From Aminipila sp. (lineage in GTDB: Bacteria; Bacillota; Clostridia; Peptostreptococcales; Anaerovoracaceae): a stretch of DNA of 64,000 nucleotides. Numbering within the stretch: position 1 is the first letter of the stretch; every line of letters starts with the position of its first letter. The translations under genes were made by a program, and so were the position numbers. Below are positions 36,211 to 45,484 of this stretch, piece after piece. The stretch lies in contig JBKECQ010000041.1 of assembly GCA_047974845.1 (NCBI GenBank), forward strand, positions 37,314-101,313. Reading direction: 5' to 3'. The notes below the pieces were generated by a model. That model was not told where the DNA came from, searched no databases, and saw only the letters and a program-made list of their open reading frames with translations.

Positions 36211-36292
36211 ATCGTATAGACTAATTTAGTAAAGAAATATTATGAAGAGCATATATGAAGCATCAGAATTTTTATTCGAGGAGAGATGAAAA

Positions 36293-37732
36293 ATGAATAA
36301 AGCTCCTATTTATGAAGCTTTGATGGAGCACAGAAAAAAGCGTATAGTCCCCTTTGATGTCCCCGGGCATAAAGGAGGTAGGGGAACCCCTTTACTTACA
36401 GAATTTTTAGGACAGGATTGTTTAAAAACCGATGTTAACTCAATGAAGCCATTAGATAATCTCTGTCATCCTATTTCGGTTATTTCAGAAGCAGAGGATT
36501 TAGCTGCACGAGCTTTTGGTGCAAAAAAAGCATTTTTAATGGTAGGAGGAACCACTTCGGCTGTTCAATCTATGATTATGTCATGCTGTAAAACCGGAGA
36601 AAAAGTTATCATGCCAAGAAATGTACACAGAAGTGCTATTAATGCTTTAGTGGTATGTGGTGCAATCCCTGTTTACGTTAATCCCGGTATTGATAAAAAA
36701 CTTGGAATACCACTGGGTATGTCCCTTGGTGAATTGGAAAACGCCATAAGGAATAATCCGGACGCTAAGGCAGTATTGGTAAACAATCCAACGTATTATG
36801 GGGTGTGTTCAGATCTAAGAGAAATTGTACGTATTGCACATGAAAATGGGATGTTGGTTCTTGCGGACGAAGCACATGGAACACATTTTTATTTTGGAGA
36901 AAACCTTCCCATTTCTGCAATGGCGGCAGGTGCAGATATGGCAGCTGTTAGTATGCATAAAACGGGGGGCTCTCTTACACAAAGCTCATTTTTATTGTGT
37001 AACGATACTGTTAATGATTCTTATGTAAGGCAAATTATTAATCTGACGCAAACAACAAGTGGGTCATATTTACTTTTAGCCTCCCTTGATATTGCTAGGA
37101 TGAATTTGGAGGACAACGGAAAGCAAATTTTTGCTAAAACTCTTGGACTTGCTAAATATGCAAGAGAAGAAATTAACAAAATTGGCGGATACTATGCTTT
37201 TGGAAGCGAATTAAAAAACGGAGATAATATTTATGATTTCGATACAACAAAGCTCTCTGTTCATACGTTGGATATAGGCCTTGCGGGAATTGAAGTTTAT
37301 GACTTACTCAGGGATGAATATGATATTCAAATCGAGTTGGGAGATTTGGCGAATTTTTTGGCTATAATTTCAGCAGGAGACAGAGCTTTTGAGATAGAAA
37401 GGCTTATATCAGCACTGGTTGAGATAAAACGAAGGTATTCAAAAAATAAAACGGGTATGTTAGATCACGAATATATTAATCCTGAAATCGTTATGCCACC
37501 TCAAAAAGCATTTTTCCACAAAAAAAAGCAGGTGGATTTAGAGGATAGTATTGGCAAGATTTGCGGCGAATTTGTAATGTGTTATCCGCCCGGAATTCCG
37601 ATTTTAGCTCCGGGAGAACTAATAACCAAGGAAATTGCAAATTATATTAAATACGCAAAAGAAAAAGGCTGTTCATTAACGGGAACAGAAGATTTATCAA
37701 TTGAAAAAATAAACATATTGGAGGAAGAATAA
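36293..37732 (+). CDS. speA: Arginine (Orn/Lys/Arg family) decarboxylase, Bacillus SpeA type
   Basis: The family fold and PLP-lysine motif S-M-H-K-T (AAVSMHKTGGSLTQSS) are present. It is followed by speE and speB. Confidence 0.85.
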   Translation: MNKAPIYEALMEHRKKRIVPFDVPGHKGGRGTPLLTEFLGQDCLKTDVNSMKPLDNLCHPISVISEAEDLAARAFGAKKAFLMVGGTTSAVQSMIMSCCKTGEKVIMPRNVHRSAINALVVCGAIPVYVNPGIDKKLGIPLGMSLGELENAIRNNPDAKAVLVNNPTYYGVCSDLREIVRIAHENGMLVLADEAHGTHFYFGENLPISAMAAGADMAAVSMHKTGGSLTQSSFLLCNDTVNDSYVRQIINLTQTTSGSYLLLASLDIARMNLEDNGKQIFAKTLGLAKYAREEINKIGGYYAFGSELKNGDNIYDFDTTKLSVHTLDIGLAGIEVYDLLRDEYDIQIELGDLANFLAIISAGDRAFEIERLISALVEIKRRYSKNKTGMLDHEYINPEIVMPPQKAFFHKKKQVDLEDSIGKICGEFVMCYPPGIPILAPGELITKEIANYIKYAKEKGCSLTGTEDLSIEKINILEEE

Positions 37733-38586
37733 TGGAACTTTGGTATACGGAAGAACACTCAGCAAACACTAGATTCTCAATAAAGGTTGAAAAACAAATT
37801 TATAGTTCTCAAAGTCAGTTTCAAAGAATTGATGTTTTTGAATCAGAGGAATTTGGTCGCTTTTTTACACTGGACGGTCTTATGATGGTTACGGAAAAAG
37901 ATGAATTTATTTATCACGATATGATTGTACACGTACCTATGGCAACGAACCCAAACATTAAAAAAGTGTTAGTTATAGGAGCCGGAGATGGTGGTACCGT
38001 TCGTGAATTGACAAGGTATTCAAATATTGAAAGTATTCACATGGTAGAAATAGATAAAATGGTAGTGGATGTGTGCCTTGAGTATTTACCACAGACATCA
38101 GAAAAACTAAACGACCCAAGGGTTCAGCTATATTTTGAAGATGGATTGAAATTTGTTAGAAACAAGCAAAATGAATATGACCTTATCATTGTTGATTCTA
38201 CCGATCCATTTGGACCGGGAGAGGGCTTATTTACAAAGGAATTTTATGGAAATTGCTATAATGCCCTTAATGAAAATGGTATATTAGTAAACCAGCATGA
38301 AACTCCTTATTATGCAGAGTACGCAAAATCAATGCAACGTGCACATAAGAGAATTAAAGAATTTTTCCCTGTATGTAAAGTATATCAGGCTCATATTCCT
38401 ACATATCCATCAGGACATTGGCTATTTGGATTTGCATCTAAAAATTATGATCCAATTGTTGACCTTAAGGCTAAAGAGTGGAATGATTTAAAACTTAAGA
38501 CAAAGTACTATAATACTGATTTACATATTGGATGTTTTGCAATTCCAAACTATGTTAAAGAATTGTTGGAGCAAAGCAATGAATAG
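37732..38586 (+). CDS. speE: Spermidine synthase
   Basis: WYTE..., QRIDVFES..FG..F.LDG, VLVIGAGDGGTVRE and DSTDPFGP motifs. Its start overlaps the speA stop. Confidence 0.93.
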   Translation: MELWYTEEHSANTRFSIKVEKQIYSSQSQFQRIDVFESEEFGRFFTLDGLMMVTEKDEFIYHDMIVHVPMATNPNIKKVLVIGAGDGGTVRELTRYSNIESIHMVEIDKMVVDVCLEYLPQTSEKLNDPRVQLYFEDGLKFVRNKQNEYDLIIVDSTDPFGPGEGLFTKEFYGNCYNALNENGILVNQHETPYYAEYAKSMQRAHKRIKEFFPVCKVYQAHIPTYPSGHWLFGFASKNYDPIVDLKAKEWNDLKLKTKYYNTDLHIGCFAIPNYVKELLEQSNE

Positions 38587-39421
38587 AAATATACAAACCT
38601 TTTTAGGTTGTGAAAATGAATATGAAGACAGTAGCATCGTAGTTTTTGGTGCACCCTTTGACGGGACAACAAGCTATAGACCGGGGACAAGGTTTGCTTC
38701 TGCGGAAATGAGAAAAGAGAGTTTTGGTATAGAAACATATAGTCCTTACCAAGACAGAGACTTAGAGGATATAGAAATATTTGACGGGGGCGATTTGGAA
38801 ATTGGTTTTGGCAATACGGAAAAAGCGCTAAAAACCATAGAAGACTTCACTGCTAAGGTCATTAAAGATGATAAGATTCCGCTTATGATAGGCGGGGAGC
38901 ATTTGGTGACACTTGGAGCAGTAAGGGCAGTAGCAGAAAAATATCCGGATTTGCATATTATACATTTTGATGCACATGCAGATTTAAGAGAAGAGTATAT
39001 GGAAGAAAAACTTTCCCATGCTACTGTTTTGAGAAGGGTTTATGAAATTGTCGGTGAAGGTAAAATCTTTCAATTTGGAATACGTTCCGGAGAGAAGAAA
39101 GAGTTTGAATTTGCAAAAAAACATACTGCCATGTGTAAGTTTAATTTTAATGGGCTAAGTGACGTAGTGAATTCCCTCAAAAACAAGCCCGTATATTTCA
39201 CCTTAGATTTGGATGTATTGGACAGTTCTGTTTTCCCCGGAACAGGTACACCGGAAGCAGGAGGCGTGACATTTAAAGAACTCATGGAGGCATTATTGAT
39301 GCTACAAGATTTAAATATTGTAGGCTGTGATATCAATGAGCTGTCACCAATGCTGGATACAAGTGGGGCATCAACAGCAGTGGCCTGTAAAGTTTTAAGA
39401 GAGGTATTGTTGTTACTTTAA
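38579..39421 (+). CDS. speB: Agmatinase (ureohydrolase family)
   Basis: HFDAHADLR, GGEH and DLDVLD metal-binding motifs. The ATG at 38579 overlaps the speE stop by 8 nt; the listed start at 38528 lies inside speE. Confidence 0.9.
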   Translation: MNRNIQTFLGCENEYEDSSIVVFGAPFDGTTSYRPGTRFASAEMRKESFGIETYSPYQDRDLEDIEIFDGGDLEIGFGNTEKALKTIEDFTAKVIKDDKIPLMIGGEHLVTLGAVRAVAEKYPDLHIIHFDAHADLREEYMEEKLSHATVLRRVYEIVGEGKIFQFGIRSGEKKEFEFAKKHTAMCKFNFNGLSDVVNSLKNKPVYFTLDLDVLDSSVFPGTGTPEAGGVTFKELMEALLMLQDLNIVGCDINELSPMLDTSGASTAVACKVLREVLLLL

Positions 39422-39431
39422 AATAGAAGTA

Positions 39432-39481
39432 AAAAACGGCATTTTGTTATATAAAAATATGATAACAAATGCCGTTTTTTT
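39432..39481. terminator. Bidirectional terminator between speB and the convergent small ORF
   Basis: AAAAACGGCATTTTGTTAT...ATAACAAATGCCGTTTTT, a long stem flanked by A- and T-runs. Confidence 0.85.
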
Positions 39482-39510
39482 AGATGTTATTTCTAAGATA
39501 ATTGTAATTC

Positions 39511-39663
39511 TTACACTGGATTTGCTCTTACCTTTCCAGACTTTGCTTTTCCTTGTATTTCGGGAACAGGTTCTACATCATTTTTGGGAAAATGTGACTT
39601 ATGATTGCTTTCTGTTCCATGGGGTTCTTTTGGATCTGGTCTTTTCATTCCTGCTTTAGCCAT
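39511..39663 (-). CDS. Unlisted small ORF (50 aa, hydrophilic, basic): MAKAGMKRPDPKEPHGTESNHKSHFPKNDVEPVPEIQGKAKSGKVRANPV
   Basis: ATG (complement of 39661-39663) is preceded by AAAGGAG with a 7-nt spacing. It lies 30 nt downstream of the HD gene and ends about 30 nt before the bidirectional terminator. It is below the ORF-track length cut-off. Confidence 0.6.
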   Translation of the reverse strand: MAKAGMKRPDPKEPHGTESNHKSHFPKNDVEPVPEIQGKAKSGKVRANPV

Positions 39664-39693
39664 AATTATCTCCTTTGCTCAATTAAAATAATA

Positions 39694-40311
39694 TTAATGC
39701 TCCACTTTTGAAAATTTTGATAAAAATAGATTAACATTTTCTTGTTCCTTTTCAAAACTTGGATTAGTCCTACCCATGCGGTCGCACAGGCTCAAAAGTG
39801 CTACTTCTTGTGGGTTAGTACGACTTCTTAGACCCTTTAAATCACTAAAGGGTAAATTCTTTATTATAAATAGCGGGTGCATATGAAATCTCACTAAGGA
39901 TGAAACCTGCTCTGTAAAAGTCAGTGGACAGTCTACTGATAATAGAAATTTTTTGCATAATTTTTCTCCGATTTTGTCATGGTCATACGCAGTTATCCTA
40001 TTCCTACGCTTCTCAGTAGCCGCTGGCTTCCCTATATCGTGCAATAATGCAGCCCACATAAATACCTTTTCATTTATACTTTGAGATTTTTGTTTTGCAG
40101 CCTCATCAACTACAAGCATAGTGTGATTCCATACATTTCCTTCTGGATGGTGCTTGGGATCTTGTTCGGTATCCATTAAATCCAAAAGCATATTGAAAGG
40201 GTAGGCTTCAAAAGCTTGTTCATTACTTATCTGATTTAAGTAAACTGAAGGCTCATGGTCTTGTAATAAGTGATTCGTAATTAATTCAAATAATTTTTTT
40301 TCAGAAGTCAT
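39694..40311 (-). CDS. HD-domain phosphohydrolase
   Basis: HHPEGNVWNHT and ALLHDIGKP motifs (HD superfamily, similar to the HD domain of CCA-adding enzymes). Confidence 0.8.
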   Translation of the reverse strand: MTSEKKLFELITNHLLQDHEPSVYLNQISNEQAFEAYPFNMLLDLMDTEQDPKHHPEGNVWNHTMLVVDEAAKQKSQSINEKVFMWAALLHDIGKPAATEKRRNRITAYDHDKIGEKLCKKFLLSVDCPLTFTEQVSSLVRFHMHPLFIIKNLPFSDLKGLRSRTNPQEVALLSLCDRMGRTNPSFEKEQENVNLFLSKFSKVEH

Positions 40312-40637
40312 AATAACACCTCATTATTTATTAAAACCGTAAAAATCAAAAAACTTTATTACGTATCCTTTATAATACCCAATTGACACTGTTTTATCTG
40401 CAATTTTGTATTATAATAAACTAAATTATTATAGTTTTGCATTTGTGTATTATAAATAGTTTGTTGTACTGTCTTAAATGACTAAATGTATAATTGATAT
40501 AAGTTACATTTTTCTTAACAATTGCATAAGTATGTATTAAACTATATATGGATAAGTTATAATGTCAATAGAAAGCTTGAATACAGATATTAATTTGTTA
40601 TAAACATTTACGTTGAGATTGCGGAGGTAAATTAGAA

Positions 40638-41114
40638 ATGAGTGATTTGATAATTAGATCCTGCCAGCCAATGGACAAGCAAAATTGGATACTACTAAAC
40701 AAAGAGTTTATGTCATTTGAAATACAAGATGATGTGTTTTGGAATAATGCCGGAGAGAGTAGTCATGAAATGTTTTCAAGTACTTTTGATGAAGCACTAA
40801 AAAATCAGGATTTAATAAAACTGTTAATAGTTGAGAAAGATGGAGAAGCCATTGGTTTTGCCAATTTATTGACAATATTTAGTGTTTGGAGCCATGGCAA
40901 AGCGTTGATTTTGGATGATTTATACATAAAAGAAAATATGAGGGGACAGGGAATTGGCCGTGATATAATGAAATATATTGAACGTTACGGCAATGAGCAA
41001 GGGGTTAAGCGCTTACAATTTCAATCAGAAAAGACAAACCCGGAAGCACATAATTTCTATACACACCTTGGCTATAAATCTGAAATAATGAATTTTTATG
41101 TGAAATATTTATGA
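40638..41114 (+). CDS. GNAT family N-acetyltransferase
   Basis: Acetyl-CoA binding motif RGQGIGRDIM and the C-terminal NPEAHNFYTHLGY. Confidence 0.85.
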   Translation: MSDLIIRSCQPMDKQNWILLNKEFMSFEIQDDVFWNNAGESSHEMFSSTFDEALKNQDLIKLLIVEKDGEAIGFANLLTIFSVWSHGKALILDDLYIKENMRGQGIGRDIMKYIERYGNEQGVKRLQFQSEKTNPEAHNFYTHLGYKSEIMNFYVKYL

Positions 41115-41123
41115 GGTTTTAGA

Positions 41124-41846
41124 ATGGAGTTACGCAAGAAGCGGTATATAAAAAGAGGTATTATTGTAATAGCATTGATTTTCTTAACGGTTATAGTTTT
41201 ATCGTTGGCTATAAATGAATATGTTGTAAAGACTTCAACACCTTTAATTGTAGCAGAAATTAACAATGACAAAGTAACCCGGCTTTCGGACAAAGAGTTA
41301 GAATTACTAAAGGAAAAGAACGCTGAATGCATTTTAATTCTTGGGGCTGGGCTACAGCCTGACGGAACACCCAGTTATATGTTAGCTGATAGGCTTGAAG
41401 TTGGGTTAGCTTTATATAATGAACAGGTGGCACCAAAAATTCTTCTAACCGGGGACCATGGACAAAAAGGATATGATGAAGTAAATGCCATGAAAAAATA
41501 TATGGTAGATAGTGGCGTCAAGGAGGAAGATATTTTTTTAGACCATGCAGGCTTTTCAACCTATGAATCAATGTATAGAGCAAAGGAGATTTTTAATGTT
41601 GATACAGCTATTGTAGTTACACAAAAATACCACCAGTATAGAGCAATTTATATTGCAGATAAATTGGGCTATAATGCATATGGTGTTTCCTCTGACCAAA
41701 AAATCTACGTAGGTCAGGAAGTAAGAGATGTAAGAGAATCTCTTGCAAGGATTAAGGACTTTGCAAAAACTATCTATAAGCCATCGCCCACATATTTGGG
41801 GGATGCAATACCAATTAGTGGTAATGGAATGGAGAGCTGGGACTAG
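41124..41846 (+). CDS. SanA/YdcF (DUF218) family membrane-anchored protein
   Basis: An N-terminal TM, then ILILGAGLQPDGTPS.ML.DRL..G..LY......KILLTGDHG...YDEVN.M..Y. Confidence 0.8.
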   Translation: MELRKKRYIKRGIIVIALIFLTVIVLSLAINEYVVKTSTPLIVAEINNDKVTRLSDKELELLKEKNAECILILGAGLQPDGTPSYMLADRLEVGLALYNEQVAPKILLTGDHGQKGYDEVNAMKKYMVDSGVKEEDIFLDHAGFSTYESMYRAKEIFNVDTAIVVTQKYHQYRAIYIADKLGYNAYGVSSDQKIYVGQEVRDVRESLARIKDFAKTIYKPSPTYLGDAIPISGNGMESWD

Positions 41847-41885
41847 TAAATTTAGACTTACAATATTGGGGGATGTAAATAAAAG

Positions 41886-42560
41886 ATGAAAAGACGACTA
41901 ATGATAATATTTGGAGTAGGGGTTCCAATAGGAATTTTAATGCTTATAATAAAAAATACATTGAATATAGAAGATTCAAGATTCTTTAAGTACTATATAG
42001 TGTTTTCAATAGTTATTATTGCATTGGCAGTTATTATTAATTGCATATATCAGATAAAATTCTGTAAGAGGGTAAATACTCTTATTAAAGATTTAAGAGA
42101 AAATGATGATGTGGATTTTTTTATTTCTGAAATGCAAAATTTGCTTGGGAAATCAAAATCAGCTTTTAGAAAAAGTATATTACTTATCAATATTTCCTAC
42201 GGCTATTCTAAAAAAGGGCAATATGAGAATGCATTGCAAACACTTGAGGCAATAGACCTTAAGACAATAAAGGGAGTAAACAATTCTATATATAATATAA
42301 ATAAGATAAGTTTTTATTTTCATTTAAAAAACTATAGTCAGGTCATCAATCTGGTAGAACAGTATAATATGGAGTTTGAAAAGCTGCAAAATCATTCACA
42401 AATTGCATGGAATATAGAGGCAACTAAAATATATTATAATATTGCAAAAGGTGAGATTGAAGAGGCAAATAAAATTCTTCAAAAAGCAAAAGAAAAGTGG
42501 ACCACAAAAGAAATGGTTGAGGAATGGAAACTTATTGAGGAAAGGATAGCAGAGTATTAG
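41886..42560 (+). CDS. Two-TM membrane protein with a helical (TPR-like) C-terminal domain, function unknown
   Basis: Two N-terminal hydrophobic helices. The C-terminal region has TPR-like periodicity (GQYENALQTLEAI...). No family recognised. Confidence 0.55.
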   Translation: MKRRLMIIFGVGVPIGILMLIIKNTLNIEDSRFFKYYIVFSIVIIALAVIINCIYQIKFCKRVNTLIKDLRENDDVDFFISEMQNLLGKSKSAFRKSILLINISYGYSKKGQYENALQTLEAIDLKTIKGVNNSIYNINKISFYFHLKNYSQVINLVEQYNMEFEKLQNHSQIAWNIEATKIYYNIAKGEIEEANKILQKAKEKWTTKEMVEEWKLIEERIAEY

Positions 42561-42562
42561 AA

Positions 42563-43075
42563 ATGGCAGAATATGAAACAGTAAAGCAGCCCTTTGAACC
42601 TATTTACAATGAAAATTCAAAGATTTTAATATTGGGCAGTTTACCTTCTGTAAAATCCAGAGAAACTGGATTTTTTTATGGACATCCTCAGAATAGGTTT
42701 TGGAAGCTAATTGCAAAATTATATAGATATGAAGTGCCCGAAACTATAGAAGAGAAAAAGAAAATGCTTATGAATGAAGGAATAGCACTTTGGGATGTTA
42801 TTGAAACTTGTGAAATAAAGGGATCTGATGATAATAGCATTAGAAATATTGTTATAGCGGATTTTAATAGTATTTTAGAAAAATGCAATATAGAAAAAAT
42901 TATTGCAAATGGTAAAACAACAGCAAAGCTATATAATAGATATGCAAAGTGCAATACCGGTAGAGAAATTATTGAATTGCCATCTACCAGTCCTGCTAAT
43001 GCTAGATATTCGTTGGAAGCGCTGATAGAAAAATGGGGAGAACATTTGGGGAACAATGAGGGAAACGATTTTTAA
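42563..43075 (+). CDS. Uracil-DNA glycosylase superfamily protein, DNA-deoxyinosine (hypoxanthine) glycosylase type
   Basis: ILILGSLPS..S......YGHP.N.FW.L and LPSTSPAN motifs. Its start is 2 nt after the upstream stop. Confidence 0.7.
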   Translation: MAEYETVKQPFEPIYNENSKILILGSLPSVKSRETGFFYGHPQNRFWKLIAKLYRYEVPETIEEKKKMLMNEGIALWDVIETCEIKGSDDNSIRNIVIADFNSILEKCNIEKIIANGKTTAKLYNRYAKCNTGREIIELPSTSPANARYSLEALIEKWGEHLGNNEGNDF

Positions 43076-43739
43076 GAAGGTTACAGGCATATTTATTATA
43101 GTCGTATTTGGTTGTATGCTTATGTCCTTTGTGGATGGTATTTGGCAACCGGGCTATGTGACCAAATCAATATTGAAGATGGTGGCATTTTTAATAATTC
43201 CAATTTGCTATAGTTATTTTAATAAAGACATATTAATTAAAGACCTGTTTGTTGTAAATCCAAGGGGAATAATTAGAGCAATTGGACTTGGAGTAGGTGT
43301 ATACATTTTTATATTAGCCTGTTACTTCACAATAGGAAGCTTTTTTGACTTTTCTCAAGTGACGGGTGCATTAAGTGAGAATGTTGGCGTAAATAGAGAA
43401 AACTTTATATTTGTGGCAATTTATATTTCGTTTATAAATTCTTTGCTGGAAGAGCTGTTTTTCAGGGGCTTTGCTTTCTTAAACTTAAGGAAGCTGGCAG
43501 GAAGAAGGTTTGCATATTGTTTTAGTTCTTTATGCTTTGCGTTATATCATATTGCAATGATGATTGGCTGGTTTTCTTTTTTACTTACATTAATATTGCT
43601 CACGGGATTAATAGTAGCGGGAATACTATTCAATTGGTTAAATGAAAAACAGGGGAACATATATAGTTCTTGGTTTGTTCATATGTTTGCTAACTTTGCA
43701 ATAAATACAGTAGGCTTTATGCTCTTTGGATTGATTTAA
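43056..43739 (+). CDS. CPBP family intramembrane glutamic endopeptidase (CAAX protease-like)
   Basis: EELFFRGF, FALYH and HMFANF motifs in a multi-TM protein. It overlaps the upstream gene by 20 nt. Confidence 0.85.
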   Translation: MRETIFKKVTGIFIIVVFGCMLMSFVDGIWQPGYVTKSILKMVAFLIIPICYSYFNKDILIKDLFVVNPRGIIRAIGLGVGVYIFILACYFTIGSFFDFSQVTGALSENVGVNRENFIFVAIYISFINSLLEELFFRGFAFLNLRKLAGRRFAYCFSSLCFALYHIAMMIGWFSFLLTLILLTGLIVAGILFNWLNEKQGNIYSSWFVHMFANFAINTVGFMLFGLI

Positions 43740-43814
43740 AGCCGGGGGGTTGAAATAGAAATTTTTTGAGAGAATAATGCTAAATAAATAGCAACTAATG
43801 AGGAGGGATAAAAC

Positions 43815-45476
43815 ATGAAAACAAAAGGGAAAAAACTAATTGCAGTTTCAATTGTAGGCACACTTTTAGCATCGTCAGTACCGGCTATTCCGGTATTTGC
43901 AGATACAGGGTATGCAGATGTTCCACAAGAAAGCTGGGCAGCAAAATATATTCAAGATGCCGGAAACTATGGATTGATGAAAGGGCAGGCAGAGGGAAGC
44001 TTTGGATATGGCAAAACCGTAACAAAGGCAGAATTTGCAACAATACTTTGTAATATGCTTAAATGGGATTCCGTAACCCCATCAAATCCAAGTTTTTCAG
44101 ATGTAACAAAAGATAAATGGTACTTTTCATACATAGAGACAGCACTAAATAATGGTGCGATAGATAAAACTACAAATTTTTCACCGGATTCTGCTATTAC
44201 TCGAGAAGAAATGGCAGTAATGTTCGTAAAGGCACTGGGTCTGTCTGACGCTTTAAAATACGGAGAGACTTCAGCCAATAAATTTACCGATGTTTCATCA
44301 AATAAAGGTTATATCGGTATTGCATATGATATAGGAATGATTAATGGAGTATCAGATAATAGTTTTGCTCCTACTAGCACAGCAAAAAGAGAAGAAGCAG
44401 CAGCAATGCTAACAAGAGTGTATGAGAAATATTATGGAAAAACCCAATTTACCAACGGGTATTATGCCATTTCCTCTTACTCACAAAAAGAATTAATTAA
44501 AGAAATGGATGCTATAACCTTTGGTTGGAGCAGAATGGCAAACGACAGCAAAGGTGTTTGGCTAAACACAGGTAATGAAAAAAATAACGAATATAAAATA
44601 CCTTCAGGGTATGAAGATATTTTAAATTATGTGGAGAGCAATGGTAAAAAAGCACACTTAGGAGTTTATATGGACAACTCTGATGGTGTAAAGGAAATGC
44701 TCGTTAGTGAGGAAAAAAGAAAAGCCGCAATCGATGCTATTATTTCAGAGCTAACAAGAAATTATGAGGCAGTAGGCAAAAACCCATATAGCGGTGTAAC
44801 TATAGACTTTGAAGGTCTGAAAGGTTCAGATGCAAAGCAAGGCTTTAATGCCTTCCTACAAGGTCTTTCAGAACAACTAAAAATAAAAGGAAAGACTTTA
44901 TATGTTACTGTGCAACCAGCGTTGAGTAACGGTGTATACTTTGATGGATTTGATTACAAAACCATTGGAAACCTTGCGGATAAGGTTATATTAATGGCTC
45001 ACGATTACAATCCTACATCCTTAGATGGATATGTTGGCACACAATGGCACAAAAATGCGGCGCTTACACCTATTGGCAGTGTTTATTATTCATTAAAAGC
45101 AATAACCGATAGCGATACCGGGGTAACTGATAAAGAAAAAATTTCCTTGGCAATAAGTTTTTCAAGCATTGGTTGGGAGTTGGACAGTGCAGGAAAGCTA
45201 TTATCCTCTAGCCCACTAAGAGCAAGTACCGAGGCAGTATATAGCAGAATGATGGCAGAAGGCACTGAAAAGGGATTTTCAGATGTATATAGAAATCCAT
45301 ACTTAAAATACACCACACCGGAGGGCAAAAACGTATTTCTTTGGTATGAAAATGAACAAAGCGTTTTTGAAAAGGTAGCACTTGCAAGAATGTTTGGTAT
45401 TGATGAAATATCAATTTGGAGACTTGGAATAATACCAAATTATAATGGTTATAGCGTAATAGATAGTATTAAATAA
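43815..45476 (+). CDS. SLH-domain cell-wall-anchored GH18-like (YaaH/YdhD-type) hydrolase
   Basis: A signal peptide, three SLH repeats (F.DV....WA..YI; F.DVTKDKWYF.YIE; FTDVSSNKGYIG) and a GH18 core with GVTIDFEG. Confidence 0.8.
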   Translation: MKTKGKKLIAVSIVGTLLASSVPAIPVFADTGYADVPQESWAAKYIQDAGNYGLMKGQAEGSFGYGKTVTKAEFATILCNMLKWDSVTPSNPSFSDVTKDKWYFSYIETALNNGAIDKTTNFSPDSAITREEMAVMFVKALGLSDALKYGETSANKFTDVSSNKGYIGIAYDIGMINGVSDNSFAPTSTAKREEAAAMLTRVYEKYYGKTQFTNGYYAISSYSQKELIKEMDAITFGWSRMANDSKGVWLNTGNEKNNEYKIPSGYEDILNYVESNGKKAHLGVYMDNSDGVKEMLVSEEKRKAAIDAIISELTRNYEAVGKNPYSGVTIDFEGLKGSDAKQGFNAFLQGLSEQLKIKGKTLYVTVQPALSNGVYFDGFDYKTIGNLADKVILMAHDYNPTSLDGYVGTQWHKNAALTPIGSVYYSLKAITDSDTGVTDKEKISLAISFSSIGWELDSAGKLLSSSPLRASTEAVYSRMMAEGTEKGFSDVYRNPYLKYTTPEGKNVFLWYENEQSVFEKVALARMFGIDEISIWRLGIIPNYNGYSVIDSIK

Positions 45477-45484
45477 AGAAGATT

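Noticed and set aside
39444-39659. Listed 71-aa ORF on the + strand
   Set aside because: It starts inside the bidirectional terminator and has no RBS. It is antisense to the better-supported 50-aa - strand ORF (39511-39663).
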